Shown here in pieces: positions 1-9,132 of a stretch of DNA of 64,000 nt (its first letter is position 1; each line of letters starts with the position of its first letter). This DNA is from an uncultured Eubacteriales bacterium. GTDB taxonomy: Bacteria; Bacillota; Clostridia; Oscillospirales; Acutalibacteraceae. Location: assembly GCA_934444365.1 (NCBI GenBank), contig CAKSCM010000009.1, forward strand, positions 1 to 64,000. Direction: 5' to 3'. A program made the position numbers and the translations under genes. The notes under the pieces were generated by a model. It was not told the DNA's origin, ran no database searches, and saw only the letters and a list, made by a program, of their open reading frames with translations.

Positions 1-270
1 TCCACCCGGATAACAGAATCATTTCCGGTCATTTTCAGCATGTATCCGTTGAGATCAAGAGTGACGGTACGGGTCACATTAAATGCCTCGTCGGTAACAA
101 TGTCTTTTGCCAGCCTGATGCTCGGTACGGCGTTGTCTGCCAGGGCATTTTTCAGTTCCGCCGCACTTGAGACATTCTTAAATGTCTCCCCCTCGGCAAA
201 TACGCCTGTCGGCACAATGCAGAACACCATACATAGGGCAAGCAGGATACTGATCAGTCGTTTCTTCATT
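1..270 (-). CDS. Secreted/lipoprotein-like hypothetical protein, 3' portion truncated by the window edge. N-terminal signal peptide MKKRLISILLALCMVFCIV.
   Basis: The reverse-strand ORF starts at ATG 268-270 and encodes a hydrophobic signal peptide followed by a polar domain. It runs off the window start. Confidence 0.5.
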
Positions 271-301
271 TCTTGCTACCTCCGTTTTCGTATATGTCGG
301 C

Positions 302-1693
302 TCAGTCAAGAGCGGTTATTGTAATGGTGCCGCTGAACCCCTCAAGAAGTGTATTGTATTCCGATTGCTCAAATAAAAATTTCAATGTTATATCTCTGGC
401 TGATGCGTCATACATTCTGTTGAAGTTAAAGAAATGATAGTCGTTACTATACGGAAGTTTTGTTCCATCTCTTTTTATGCGTGTAATATTCCTGCAAAAA
501 TCTGCATCCTCACTGCTGTCTGTCATTTGGATGCCATAAAAACCGCTGTTATCGGAAGCGTTTGAGCTGACTCCCAGAGAGCCGCTTATGGTGATATTGT
601 ATATATGTCCCTTTTTCAGTGTAATTTCATTTGCGGAAGCTGAAATCAAACCGCCTTTGTTTATTTTTGTGGTAAATTCAAATCTTGCGGCATGGTTTTG
701 AAGAAGAGCTGTCCCTATTGACGCTTTTGCATGAAAATACCCGGAGCTTCCGCCGTTCTGGCCGGTGTCGCCCTTGTCGCCTTTATCTCCTTTATCGCCT
801 TTGTCACCTTTTTCGCCGATGTCGCCTTTGTCACCTTTTTCGCCGATGTCGCCTTTGTCACCCTTTTCGCCGACTGTTCCGGCCGCCTTTACCCCGGTGT
901 CGATTTCTCCGATCCACCAGTTGCCGTTCTCACCGATGAAGGGGGTGTTTCCGTCTTTCCCGTCAGAGCCGTTTATGCCGTTTGCTCCGTCCTTACCGTT
1001 GGATCCGTCTTTACCGTCTATGCCGTCGGCACCTTTCAATGCGGTAAGGTCATACAGGTTCAGCCATATTTCATCGCCGACATAACGCCACTGCAGGGTG
1101 TTTTCGTTCACGCGGAACTCCGGCGTTTTTCCGTCAGAGCCGTCAGCGCCGTTCTGTCCGGCGGGGCCTGTGATATCGGCTATCGCAACAAGGTTCTGCC
1201 ACTCGCCGCCCTCGTAACGCCACTGTATGTGGGTTTCGGCTCGCTGCACCTCTATGTTTTTGGCGTTTATGCCGTCTTTACCGTCGATACCGTTTTTACC
1301 GTCAACGCCGTTTATGCCGTCTTTTCCGTTTGTGCCGGCAATTCCGTCCTTGCCGTCTTTTCCATCGGCTCCGTCTTTTCCGTTTGTACCGTTTGTACCG
1401 TTTATTCCGTTCTTGCCGTCGGTGCCGTTAGAGCCGTCTTTACCGTCTGTGCCGTTCTTTCCGTTTTCTCCGGCAGTACCCGTAAGCTCGGTAAGTGCCA
1501 CAAGGTCGCGCCAATCAGCTTCATCGCTGTATTTCCACTGGATTGCCGTGCCGCTGTTTCGCACCTCCGGCATTACGGCACTTCTATTTGCCGCCTTGCT
1601 CCATCCTGCGGCAAGCACGATGCAAAGTGACAAGAGCACGGCGCAAAGCGCCAAAAGCGTACCTGTGAAAAGTTTTTTCCCTGTTTTCATCAT
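302..1693 (-). CDS. Collagen-like triple-helix repeat protein. It has an N-terminal signal/TM segment, four short W-rich spacer modules, and a C-terminal C1q/BclA-like globular domain.
   Basis: The 463-aa ORF contains long Gly-X-Y runs (GKDGSNGTDGKNGINGTNG...; GEKGDKGDIGEKGDKGD...). These are interrupted by three repeated ~25-aa 'QW(K/R)Y..W..L..L.G' modules. The ~150-aa non-collagenous C-terminus resembles a BclA/C1q-type jelly-roll domain. Confidence 0.75.
   Translation of the reverse strand: MMKTGKKLFTGTLLALCAVLLSLCIVLAAGWSKAANRSAVMPEVRNSGTAIQWKYSDEADWRDLVALTELTGTAGENGKNGTDGKDGSNGTDGKNGINGTNGTNGKDGADGKDGKDGIAGTNGKDGINGVDGKNGIDGKDGINAKNIEVQRAETHIQWRYEGGEWQNLVAIADITGPAGQNGADGSDGKTPEFRVNENTLQWRYVGDEIWLNLYDLTALKGADGIDGKDGSNGKDGANGINGSDGKDGNTPFIGENGNWWIGEIDTGVKAAGTVGEKGDKGDIGEKGDKGDIGEKGDKGDKGDKGDKGDTGQNGGSSGYFHAKASIGTALLQNHAARFEFTTKINKGGLISASANEITLKKGHIYNITISGSLGVSSNASDNSGFYGIQMTDSSEDADFCRNITRIKRDGTKLPYSNDYHFFNFNRMYDASARDITLKFLFEQSEYNTLLEGFSGTITITALD
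768..874. repeat. 27-bp tandem repeat array (about 3 to 4 copies) encoding GEKGDKGDI collagen repeats.
   Basis: Units at 794-820, 821-847 and 848-874 are near-identical to gtcgcctttgtcacctttttcgccgat. A degenerate copy precedes them. Confidence 0.8.
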
Positions 1694-1769
1694 CTTTCCT
1701 CCGTTCGGAATTGTTTATCACGGCGGAGTTTTGCGCCGCTGCCCACGCCGTAAATGAGCGGCGGTCGGC

Positions 1770-2363
1770 TTATGCTTGGTTTGCTTTGTACTTATCCAGA
1801 AACAGGGCAACTCCCTGCCTTAAGACATCCATCTGGGTTTTCAGGTAATACTCGTCCTCAAACATGGCATAGTGTACACAGGCGCGGACGAATATAAAGA
1901 TAAGAGGCGTGATGACCGTATAGGGAATACCGATCTTCGGCTCCAGCCGCTTGGCATACTCGGTATAGCGCTCGTTGACGCCTTCGAAAAATTTCTTGCC
2001 GTGCTCGATATACTTCGGGTGCGTATAGATCTGATACATCAGCCGATATTTCTTGCCGTGCTTTTTGGCCGTCCAATAAGGTACTTCTTTTATGAATCGG
2101 ACAACATCCTTTGGGTCTGTGGGAGCCATCTCCATGAAATCGTCCTCGAGCTTTTCCATACAGTATGCCGTTGACTCGATAATCAGCTCGTCAAGGTTTT
2201 TGAAATACGAATACAGGTTTGCCTTTGTGCAGCCGCACGCATCGGCAAGCGCTTTGATTCCCGTACCCGTCAGACCGTTTTCGGCATAGCATTCAAAGCA
2301 TTCCTCCATCATTTCGCGCTTGCGCGCGTTGTGCCGCTCCTCTGTCGCTCTCATATACGCCAC
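1770..2363 (-). CDS. TetR/AcrR-family transcriptional regulator.
   Basis: N-terminal TetR HTH (ECFECYAENGLTGTGIKALADACGCTKANLYSYFKNLDEL). Size 197 aa. Confidence 0.85.
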   Translation of the reverse strand: MAYMRATEERHNARKREMMEECFECYAENGLTGTGIKALADACGCTKANLYSYFKNLDELIIESTAYCMEKLEDDFMEMAPTDPKDVVRFIKEVPYWTAKKHGKKYRLMYQIYTHPKYIEHGKKFFEGVNERYTEYAKRLEPKIGIPYTVITPLIFIFVRACVHYAMFEDEYYLKTQMDVLRQGVALFLDKYKANQA

Positions 2364-2376
2364 CTCCTTTTTGATA

Positions 2377-2392
2377 ACTAAACGTTCAGTTA
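2377..2392. promoter_or_regulatory. Imperfect 16-bp palindrome (aactaaacgttcagtt) immediately upstream of the TetR start. Putative autoregulatory operator.
   Basis: Palindrome seen in sequence, 14 bp upstream of the TetR start codon. Assignment as operator is inference. Confidence 0.35.
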
Positions 2393-2948
2393 ATTATAAT
2401 ATAGTATAGTGTAGCATAGAATTATGACAAATTCAAGAACCAACTGCAAAACGATGCAAAAAAAGCGGGACAGCCGCAATAAATCGACTTTCCCGCCGTC
2501 CGTTATTTTCGGAGCGCTAAAAATTTTTGTTTACAACCGTAGTGCCGGTAACGGCGCCAACATAATAAATGCACGACTCTTTTTGTCAGTAATCCCATTT
2601 AAGCCTGATTTTGCTATTCCTGCTCAGCTAAAATCTGTTGCGATGTCTTCCTTGTCAACCTTCGTGCAACCTGTGCAGAAACAAAAGCCGCCATTCGGTT
2701 TATCCTGATTTTTCGAATAACATTTTACAAGGGGCAGTCTGTCAATTTATAATTTTCGCTCGGAATATCGCCTCCAGTTTCGTTTTTCACTTAAAAGAAG
2801 TGCATCTTCTCTTACCTTTTTTAATCGGTAAGAAAAGACGCTTTCTTTACATTTCGAGACACGATTTTAAGCAATATCGTCGGTTTAAGTCCTGTTACAC
2901 CGATAAACCCGCGATTTTAGCCATGAAAGATGAATTCAGAATGATAAA

Positions 2949-2990
2949 CAAAAAAACGGTGACCCCCCTTGAAAATCAAGGGGGGTCACC
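2949..2990 (-). terminator. Rho-independent terminator for tRNA-Gly.
   Basis: Perfect 13-bp stem ggtgacccccctt / aaggggggtcacc with a 6-nt loop. On the minus strand it is followed by a U-run (A-run 2949-2956 on plus). Confidence 0.8.
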
Positions 2991-3016
2991 GTATGTTCCA
3001 CATCGTGGAGTAATGA

Positions 3017-3091
3017 TGGAGCGGGAAACGGGGATCGAACCCGCGACATCCGGCTTGGGAAGCCGACGTTCTACCGCTGAACTACTCCCGC
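3017..3091 (-). tRNA. tRNA-Gly (anticodon CCC).
   Basis: The reverse complement folds as a cloverleaf: acceptor GCGGGAG, D-arm GTTC/GAAC, anticodon loop UUCCCAA, T-loop GGGTTCGATCC, encoded CCA. Confidence 0.85.
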
Positions 3092-3106
3092 ATAAATTGC
3101 TTTGTG

Positions 3107-3135
3107 ATTATACCACAATTAATTTAAAAAATCAA
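3107..3135 (-). promoter_or_regulatory. Sigma-A-type promoter for tRNA-Gly.
   Basis: Read on the minus strand: TTGATT, 17-bp spacer, TATAAT. It lies ~10 to 35 nt upstream of the tRNA 5' end. Confidence 0.55.
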
Positions 3136-3710
3136 TACCTTGTTACGGGAATTGCTGTTATCAGGTGCAATTTGACCCTATGTTCGCTACCGGAAAGCCG
3201 ATAACTGTCACATATGTGATTTATTTGCCTTTTTACAAAATGTAAAGCTGATAATATACAAAAAAGGAATTATTTGGCTGGGGTTTTATTTACATAATTT
3301 AATCAGTATATTTTTTATACCGACCGTTATTCCACATTTTCCACAGAGTTTTCAACAGCCCTCAATCATGCATTATTACTATACTTTTGGCGTTTTTGTG
3401 ATTTTTGACCACGCTCCGCGATCGAATATTCGGTTAATTTCCGTAATTTAAAATGATTTACATAATCTGATTTTTTGTAATTTTCTTCTATGCAAATATT
3501 ACAAATAGTATTATTGGATTTCAGGTCAAAAAATACGGTTTTCAGGTCAAAAAAACAGTACAGTCGCCTGAAAAAATCAAGTGACCGTACTATTAAAATA
3601 TGACCTTGTATTTTTGGCCTTACAAAAGAGCCCTTAGTCGGCTCGGATTGGCAAAATCAGGTTAAATCGAGCGCGTTGAGTCGAGCCGTTCTGAGTTAAG
3701 CCGAACTGAC

Positions 3711-4673
3711 TCAACCTATCTTTCCCTGCATCATCGCCGCGCGTTTTGCTATTCTTATATCGTTGCCGCTAAAGCAGAACATATCGTAATAATACGCTAT
3801 ACGGGAAACAATCCGGTCGGTATACCGTGCGCGCAAGCCATCTGTAGTCAGATTTGTGCTGATAATGGTCGGCAAGGTATTCAGTATTCTGGTATTTATT
3901 ATGTCGTAAACGACCGATGTGTTAAACTGGCTTTGAAATTCCGTCCCCAAATCGTCGAGCACCAAAAGCTCGCATCTGTATATTTCGCCCAAGGTATCGG
4001 AATCCGACCGGCCGAAATGCTCATCCTCGATCTGCTTTATAAGACTTTGAGCCGAGGCATATATAACATAAAAGCCTTTTTTGGCGATCTCGGAGGCGAT
4101 GGCCACCGACAAATGCGTTTTGCCGAGTCCTGTGCTTCCGAGCATAAGCATGCTTCGCGAATTATGCGAAAAATCTCCGGCATATTCTCTGCAATGCTCA
4201 AGCAAAGCGCTCATTCGCGGCCTTTCGCTCTCGGGATAATATCCGACCGAAAAATTTTCAAAGCTGCAATCCTTATAAACGTCGGAAATTTTAAAGAGGT
4301 TACTTATTATTCTGTCGGTAAGCTTTTTAAGACATTCGCAATCCTCGCCCGCAAAAACGCCGGTATCGTTACATTTATCGCATGTATAGTGCGGCTTTGC
4401 TACATCGCTGCTGCCGTAATACGTTTTAAGCAGTTCGTTTATCTTTAACTGAATATCGTCAAGCTTGGCTTTAAGATCATCGCAATTACCGTCGGAAAGG
4501 GTGGCCTCAAGCAAACGTCCCCTTAGTTCATTCTTTTCTTTTTGGAGCTTTAAAAGGTCGGGATGCTCCAAATAAATTTCATCACAAATCGACAAAGCCT
4601 TACTTTCGGCGGCGCATTTGCGGTTAAATATAATCTGTTTTGCGCGCTGGCGCGCCTTTGTACGCACGTTCAA
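3711..4673 (-). CDS. dnaI: Primosomal helicase loader DnaI (IstB/DnaC-like AAA+ ATPase with an N-terminal Cys-rich zinc-binding domain).
   Basis: Walker A GSTGLGKTHL and Walker B LLVLDDLG. N-terminal CDKC..CEC zinc motif typical of Firmicute DnaI. Lies directly downstream of the DnaD-domain gene. Confidence 0.7.
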   Translation of the reverse strand: MNVRTKARQRAKQIIFNRKCAAESKALSICDEIYLEHPDLLKLQKEKNELRGRLLEATLSDGNCDDLKAKLDDIQLKINELLKTYYGSSDVAKPHYTCDKCNDTGVFAGEDCECLKKLTDRIISNLFKISDVYKDCSFENFSVGYYPESERPRMSALLEHCREYAGDFSHNSRSMLMLGSTGLGKTHLSVAIASEIAKKGFYVIYASAQSLIKQIEDEHFGRSDSDTLGEIYRCELLVLDDLGTEFQSQFNTSVVYDIINTRILNTLPTIISTNLTTDGLRARYTDRIVSRIAYYYDMFCFSGNDIRIAKRAAMMQGKIG

Positions 4674-4790
4674 AATTCAAGGCTCCTATCACTTTATATT
4701 AATCCACGTTGTAATCGGTATTTAAAATGACCTTTATACACCTTATAAAGGCAAAACAATCAAGCCGTTATTTTTATTTCCGGTACAAAA

Positions 4791-5915
4791 TTAAGCCTTG
4801 TCGGGCTGCCAGAAAAGACCGCTTATGTCACTGGTTTCGAATGACTCCTTGCGCATACCGTCCTCGGCCGTCTTTTTTGACTTTGACTGTCGCTTTTCGG
4901 CAGATACCCTATCTGCATCCTCCGGCGTTTTAACGCCCGCATCATGCCATGCCGAGAGCACCTTATCTATGTAGCTCATGTTCATTTTGCCGGTAGCGTC
5001 GATACAAACGTCGTACGCTTTTCTGAGCAGCTTTTGGGAGAAATGCCACTGCCCTATCCACCGTTCGGCATATATCTGCTCGCGGTTCGACGGACGTCTG
5101 AATTCCAGCGAAAAAGCCGACAGCACCTTCCGCCAATATCCGCCTAAAATCTCAACGCGCTTCAAATGCGCCTCGGCCTTTTCGACCGTGTCGATCTCAT
5201 CGCTCAGCCATTGCGCCGCAACCGACGAGATATATCGCATATTGCAGTGATCACTCGCTGAGGCATATTCTATTATCATGAGTATAACGGCGCACGGCAA
5301 ACCGTCGTTTATATGCAGCGCCACTAAATTTACCGTTTCTGAGGATGAAAGCGGACGTGCAAACCGCACCTGAGCCTCCTTTAAAAGCCAGGCCGTTTCG
5401 GGATCGTTCATAGCAAATTTTATTGCCTCTGCTCTGGTGAGGGTCCTTTTGGCATTTTCCGAAACCACCGCATTTATCGGTTTTTCAGCGCCTTCAGACC
5501 CTTCTTCCCCGTCATTTCGGTCGGACAGCGGCGATGTTTTTGCTTTTTTAAACTCATTGCCGCCGGCAGTACCGCCGTTATCATTCGCCTCGGCGGTATT
5601 CGGACTTATTTTCGCACTTGAAACGCCGTTTGTTTCCTGTATGCCTTCTTTTGCGGAAAAGACATCAGCCCTGTCTTCACAAGCGAAAACAAGGCCGTTA
5701 TCAATCCAATATTGCATGGCGTCGCACACGTCCCCCCGGGAAAGACCGAGAACGCGGGACAATTCCTCATCGTCACAGCTTTCTCCGGAATGGTAAAGGA
5801 GCCAAAGCAGCGCCTTTAGTTGCGCAGCTCCTGCCAGACGCAAATGCTTTTCAACCAGAACGCCGGGAACGGCAAAAACCTTGCCGTAAAGTGAAGAATT
5901 AAAACCGTAATTCAC
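4791..5915 (-). CDS. DnaD/DnaB-family replication initiation and membrane attachment protein.
   Basis: 374 aa. C-terminal DnaD-like DDBH2 region (SYIDKVLSAWHDAGVKTPEDADRV). Operonic with dnaI. Confidence 0.6.
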   Translation of the reverse strand: MNYGFNSSLYGKVFAVPGVLVEKHLRLAGAAQLKALLWLLYHSGESCDDEELSRVLGLSRGDVCDAMQYWIDNGLVFACEDRADVFSAKEGIQETNGVSSAKISPNTAEANDNGGTAGGNEFKKAKTSPLSDRNDGEEGSEGAEKPINAVVSENAKRTLTRAEAIKFAMNDPETAWLLKEAQVRFARPLSSSETVNLVALHINDGLPCAVILMIIEYASASDHCNMRYISSVAAQWLSDEIDTVEKAEAHLKRVEILGGYWRKVLSAFSLEFRRPSNREQIYAERWIGQWHFSQKLLRKAYDVCIDATGKMNMSYIDKVLSAWHDAGVKTPEDADRVSAEKRQSKSKKTAEDGMRKESFETSDISGLFWQPDKA

Positions 5916-5945
5916 TTTTTACTCCCCGCCCGTTCTGATATATAT

Positions 5946-6335
5946 TTATTCGTTTTCCTGTTCCTTTTGCTTGTCAAGCAGTTGTCTTGCGCGCTTTGAA
6001 AGCTCGCTTTGCGACGCGTCGTTTAGTTGACGGTAGATCATTATAAGATCCTGCTCGTCCCTGAAAAGACGGTTGACCGGCAAGGTCTGCTCAGACTTGG
6101 TATAGTAGCCTACCTCATCACCGTGCATTGATGAATCGGTATTATAATCAATAAGAGTATATAACTCAACACCGAACATGGCCGACAGCTTTACAAGTGT
6201 ATCTACGCTCGGAGTGGTTTTACCCGTCTCGTAGTAAGAATAAGTAGAACGGTCAATACCAAGCGCATTCGCAACCTGGTCCTGATGGAGCGAACACATC
6301 TTTCTGTAGGTCCTGAGATTGTTTGAAATCGACAT
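5946..6335 (-). CDS. XRE-family HTH transcriptional regulator.
   Basis: HTH QDQVANALGIDRSTYSYYETGKTTPSVDTLVKLSAMFGV. Start chosen at the ATG with AAGGAAGGG RBS (M13 of the tracked ORF). Confidence 0.7.
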   Translation of the reverse strand: MSISNNLRTYRKMCSLHQDQVANALGIDRSTYSYYETGKTTPSVDTLVKLSAMFGVELYTLIDYNTDSSMHGDEVGYYTKSEQTLPVNRLFRDEQDLIMIYRQLNDASQSELSKRARQLLDKQKEQENE

Positions 6336-6588
6336 TGGAATCCCTTCCTTCATTTTCTGTAAATACCGCATTGCGGATATCGTAACCCATGGTGATTATA
6401 ACTCAAACAAAAAAATCTGTCAACTGTTTTTTATTTTTTGTCGTATCACGGGAGTTATACCGTAAAAGCCTTGAATAACATAGAATTAAGCGGAGTTTTA
6501 TTCACCTGAAACATCTTTCTTAAACTGAAAAAAGCGCACCCGTCCACAAACATGACGGATGCGCTTTTACATTTTTAATGAGTAATCC

Positions 6589-7650
6589 TTACTTCGGATT
6601 AAAAATCTCCATTATGTCTATATCGTCTCCCAAATCGTCCGAAGACGTGTTGGAGAAGATATCGCTGTTTGCTGAAGATTTACGCGAAGCATCTTTATCA
6701 TTGGCACCCGTAGCTATAACGGTTACACGGATTTCATCCTCAAGGCTGTCGTCAATTGCAGCACCCCAGATTATGTTGGCATCCTCGTGAGCGGCCTTGG
6801 TAACAATTGCGGAAGCGCTCTCGACCTCTTCGAGTCCGATATCGGGCGAGCCGATAATGTTAACAATAACACCGTGGGCTCCGTCCATAGAGGTTTCGAT
6901 AAGCGGGCTTGTAATAGCCGCATTCGCCGCAATTTCAGCCTTATCCTTACCCTGCGCAACACCGACACCCATATGTGCATAACCTGCATCCTTCATGACC
7001 GACGTAACATCGGCGAAGTCAAGGTTAACAAGAGCCGGCATCTTAATAAGCTCGGATATGCTCTGAACGCCCTGACGGAGAACATCGTCCGCTATGTTAA
7101 AGGCATTGGTAAAGGTTATCTTCTGCTCGGAAACAAATTTTAGCTTTTCGTTCGGGATAACAACAAGGCTATCCACATGCTCTCTTAAAGCAGCTATTCC
7201 GATCTCGGCCTGCTCCATACGGCGCTTACCCTCAAAAGCAAAGGGCTTTGTAACAATACCTACGGTAAGTATGTTAAGACCCTTGGCAAGCTCGGCAACT
7301 ATGGGAGCTGCACCGGTTCCGGTACCGCCGCCCATACCGCTGGTTATAAACACCATATCGGCATCCTTTATGGCATTGACTATTTCATCCTTGGATTCCT
7401 CGGCAGCCTTTGCTCCGACATCGGGATTAGCGCCGGCACCCTGGCCTCTTGTGACCTTCTCGCCTATCTGAATCTTTACATCGGCATTCGAATTATAAAG
7501 GGCCATGCGGTCTGTGTTTATGGCTATAAATTCAACGCCCTTAACACCGGTAGAAACCATACGGTTAACGGCGTTGCCGCCGCCGCCGCCGACACCTATT
7601 ACCTTGATATTAACTACGTCGCCGATATCCTGCGATACATCAAACGGCAT
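6589..7650 (-). CDS. ftsZ: Cell division GTPase FtsZ.
   Basis: GGGTGTG tubulin signature ([12 protein letters not shown]). AGGAGG RBS 8 nt upstream of the second in-frame ATG. Confidence 0.95.
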   Translation of the reverse strand: MPFDVSQDIGDVVNIKVIGVGGGGGNAVNRMVSTGVKGVEFIAINTDRMALYNSNADVKIQIGEKVTRGQGAGANPDVGAKAAEESKDEIVNAIKDADMVFITSGMGGGTGTGAAPIVAELAKGLNILTVGIVTKPFAFEGKRRMEQAEIGIAALREHVDSLVVIPNEKLKFVSEQKITFTNAFNIADDVLRQGVQSISELIKMPALVNLDFADVTSVMKDAGYAHMGVGVAQGKDKAEIAANAAITSPLIETSMDGAHGVIVNIIGSPDIGLEEVESASAIVTKAAHEDANIIWGAAIDDSLEDEIRVTVIATGANDKDASRKSSANSDIFSNTSSDDLGDDIDIMEIFNPK

Positions 7651-7913
7651 TTGACATTCCTCCTGCATTTTATACTTCTATATACGCGGCCGTATATTAT
7701 GTCGTGATTAGCATTTCACATATATATTGTGATTTTACCACGTTTAAAAAATAAATTCAATATCTATATTCATTTTTTATTCTGATTTTTATCAGTTTTT
7801 TTAATTTTTTTCGCTTTTATCTGTATTTTTACCGTGTTTTTGTTGCAATACCGACACAAAAAGCCGATAATTGTCGATTTAAGCATTAAAGCTCATTATT
7901 AACCGTCGCGCGA

Positions 7914-8954
7914 TTAATCGGACGTACCGTCGGAATCATCCGATGACGAAGATGTATCCGATAAATCGCTTTGAGCATCATCGCCGTCATTATCACCGGA
8001 TTCACCTTCGCCGCCCTCCAAAACGGTTTGATCGGCCGATAAATCCGCCGAAGAATCGGCAGGCGGCTCAGCTACGGTATCGCTTGAGGGGAAGTATTTA
8101 TCCATATACGAATTTATCGAACGGTTACGCGAGCGTATGCTCGGGTCATCCTTGCTGTAATCGCTCAAATCAAGTGTCCCTATAAAATCGCCCGGCATAT
8201 TCTCCCCCGAGCTGCAAACCGTATACGCGAAGGCCAGCTTTTTTTCGGCGTCGGCAGTATCGCCTATCTTCCAGACTATGCGCGAATCGTATATAAGATT
8301 TATTCCGCCGTTTTCATCCTCAAAAATATGGGTTATCCCGCTTATTTTTGACGATGATACAAGTTCGTTTATAAGATCGAAGATTTCTTTTTGATCGCTG
8401 TCTGCAAAGGAAATATAGCTCCCCTGAACACTCTCGCCCTCAAGCGGAATGTTGACCATTATATAGCTTTGAGGATCTGGCGACTGCACCGCGTCGAAGA
8501 TTTTCAGTTGCTCCGACGCGACAAGATAAATCCCGTCTTTGTAAAAAGCGAAGTTATTCTGCACCGGCTCGACCTTTATAATAACCTTATTGGGTATTTT
8601 AATGGTAACGCTCGCCGAATCTATGTACATTAGCTTCTCGGTTATATCCGAAGCCGCTTTCTCTTTATCGATAGAAATAAGCTTATCCCCCGTCGATATT
8701 CCGGCAGCCGCAATTATCTCATCGCCCGAATAAACCGAATCGCCCGACACCTCTATATTGCTCACCCTGAACCATACGGTGCACACAAGGGTCGCCGCAA
8801 CCGATAGTATTACAACCAGAAGCACAAAGGTAAGAAGTATTTTCCTGCTTTTTTTAGCCCTCTCGCCGGACGAACGCTTTTTGGCTTTTTCGCGCTCGGC
8901 GGCACGCCGGGCAAGTATTTCCCTTTGTTTCGGTGTCAGATCATCCTGATACAT
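7914..8954 (-). CDS. ftsQ: Cell division protein FtsQ/DivIB (POTRA domain).
   Basis: N-terminal Lys-rich cytoplasmic tail, a single TM, then a POTRA-like region. Sits directly upstream of ftsZ. Confidence 0.7.
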   Translation of the reverse strand: MYQDDLTPKQREILARRAAEREKAKKRSSGERAKKSRKILLTFVLLVVILSVAATLVCTVWFRVSNIEVSGDSVYSGDEIIAAAGISTGDKLISIDKEKAASDITEKLMYIDSASVTIKIPNKVIIKVEPVQNNFAFYKDGIYLVASEQLKIFDAVQSPDPQSYIMVNIPLEGESVQGSYISFADSDQKEIFDLINELVSSSKISGITHIFEDENGGINLIYDSRIVWKIGDTADAEKKLAFAYTVCSSGENMPGDFIGTLDLSDYSKDDPSIRSRNRSINSYMDKYFPSSDTVAEPPADSSADLSADQTVLEGGEGESGDNDGDDAQSDLSDTSSSSDDSDGTSD

Positions 8955-9132
8955 AAGCTTAATTTCAGTTCCTTTATATTTTTACTTGAAGTTTTTCTAT
9001 TGACCTGCCGTTTTTGCAATGCTTAATGTAGAACCGGTTTTTTACCGGATTTTTATCCGGCGGCCAACCCGTGTGTTTTTTTAAAAGCCTTAGTATTATA
9101 CATCACGACTGTTAAAAGGCTGTTTTCTCTTC

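Noticed and set aside
731-1757. Long plus-strand ORFs (299 aa, 106 aa, 176 aa) rich in Pro/Ser/Phe that overlap the collagen-like gene.
   Set aside because: They are frame-shifted shadow ORFs generated by the G-X-Y codon periodicity on the opposite strand. They have no RBS or independent signal.
2638-3204. 188-aa plus-strand ORF overlapping the tRNA-Gly gene and its terminator.
   Set aside because: It overlaps a well-formed tRNA on the opposite strand. The composition is low-complexity. There is no RBS.
3711-6371. The XRE regulator, DnaD-domain protein and DnaC/IstB-like ATPase as a prophage replication module.
   Set aside because: There are no flanking integrase, terminase, capsid or lysis genes. 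The triad sits between ftsZ and a tRNA in a core context. The ATPase has the N-terminal zinc domain typical of host DnaI. I treat it as host primosome genes, though a phage origin is not excluded.
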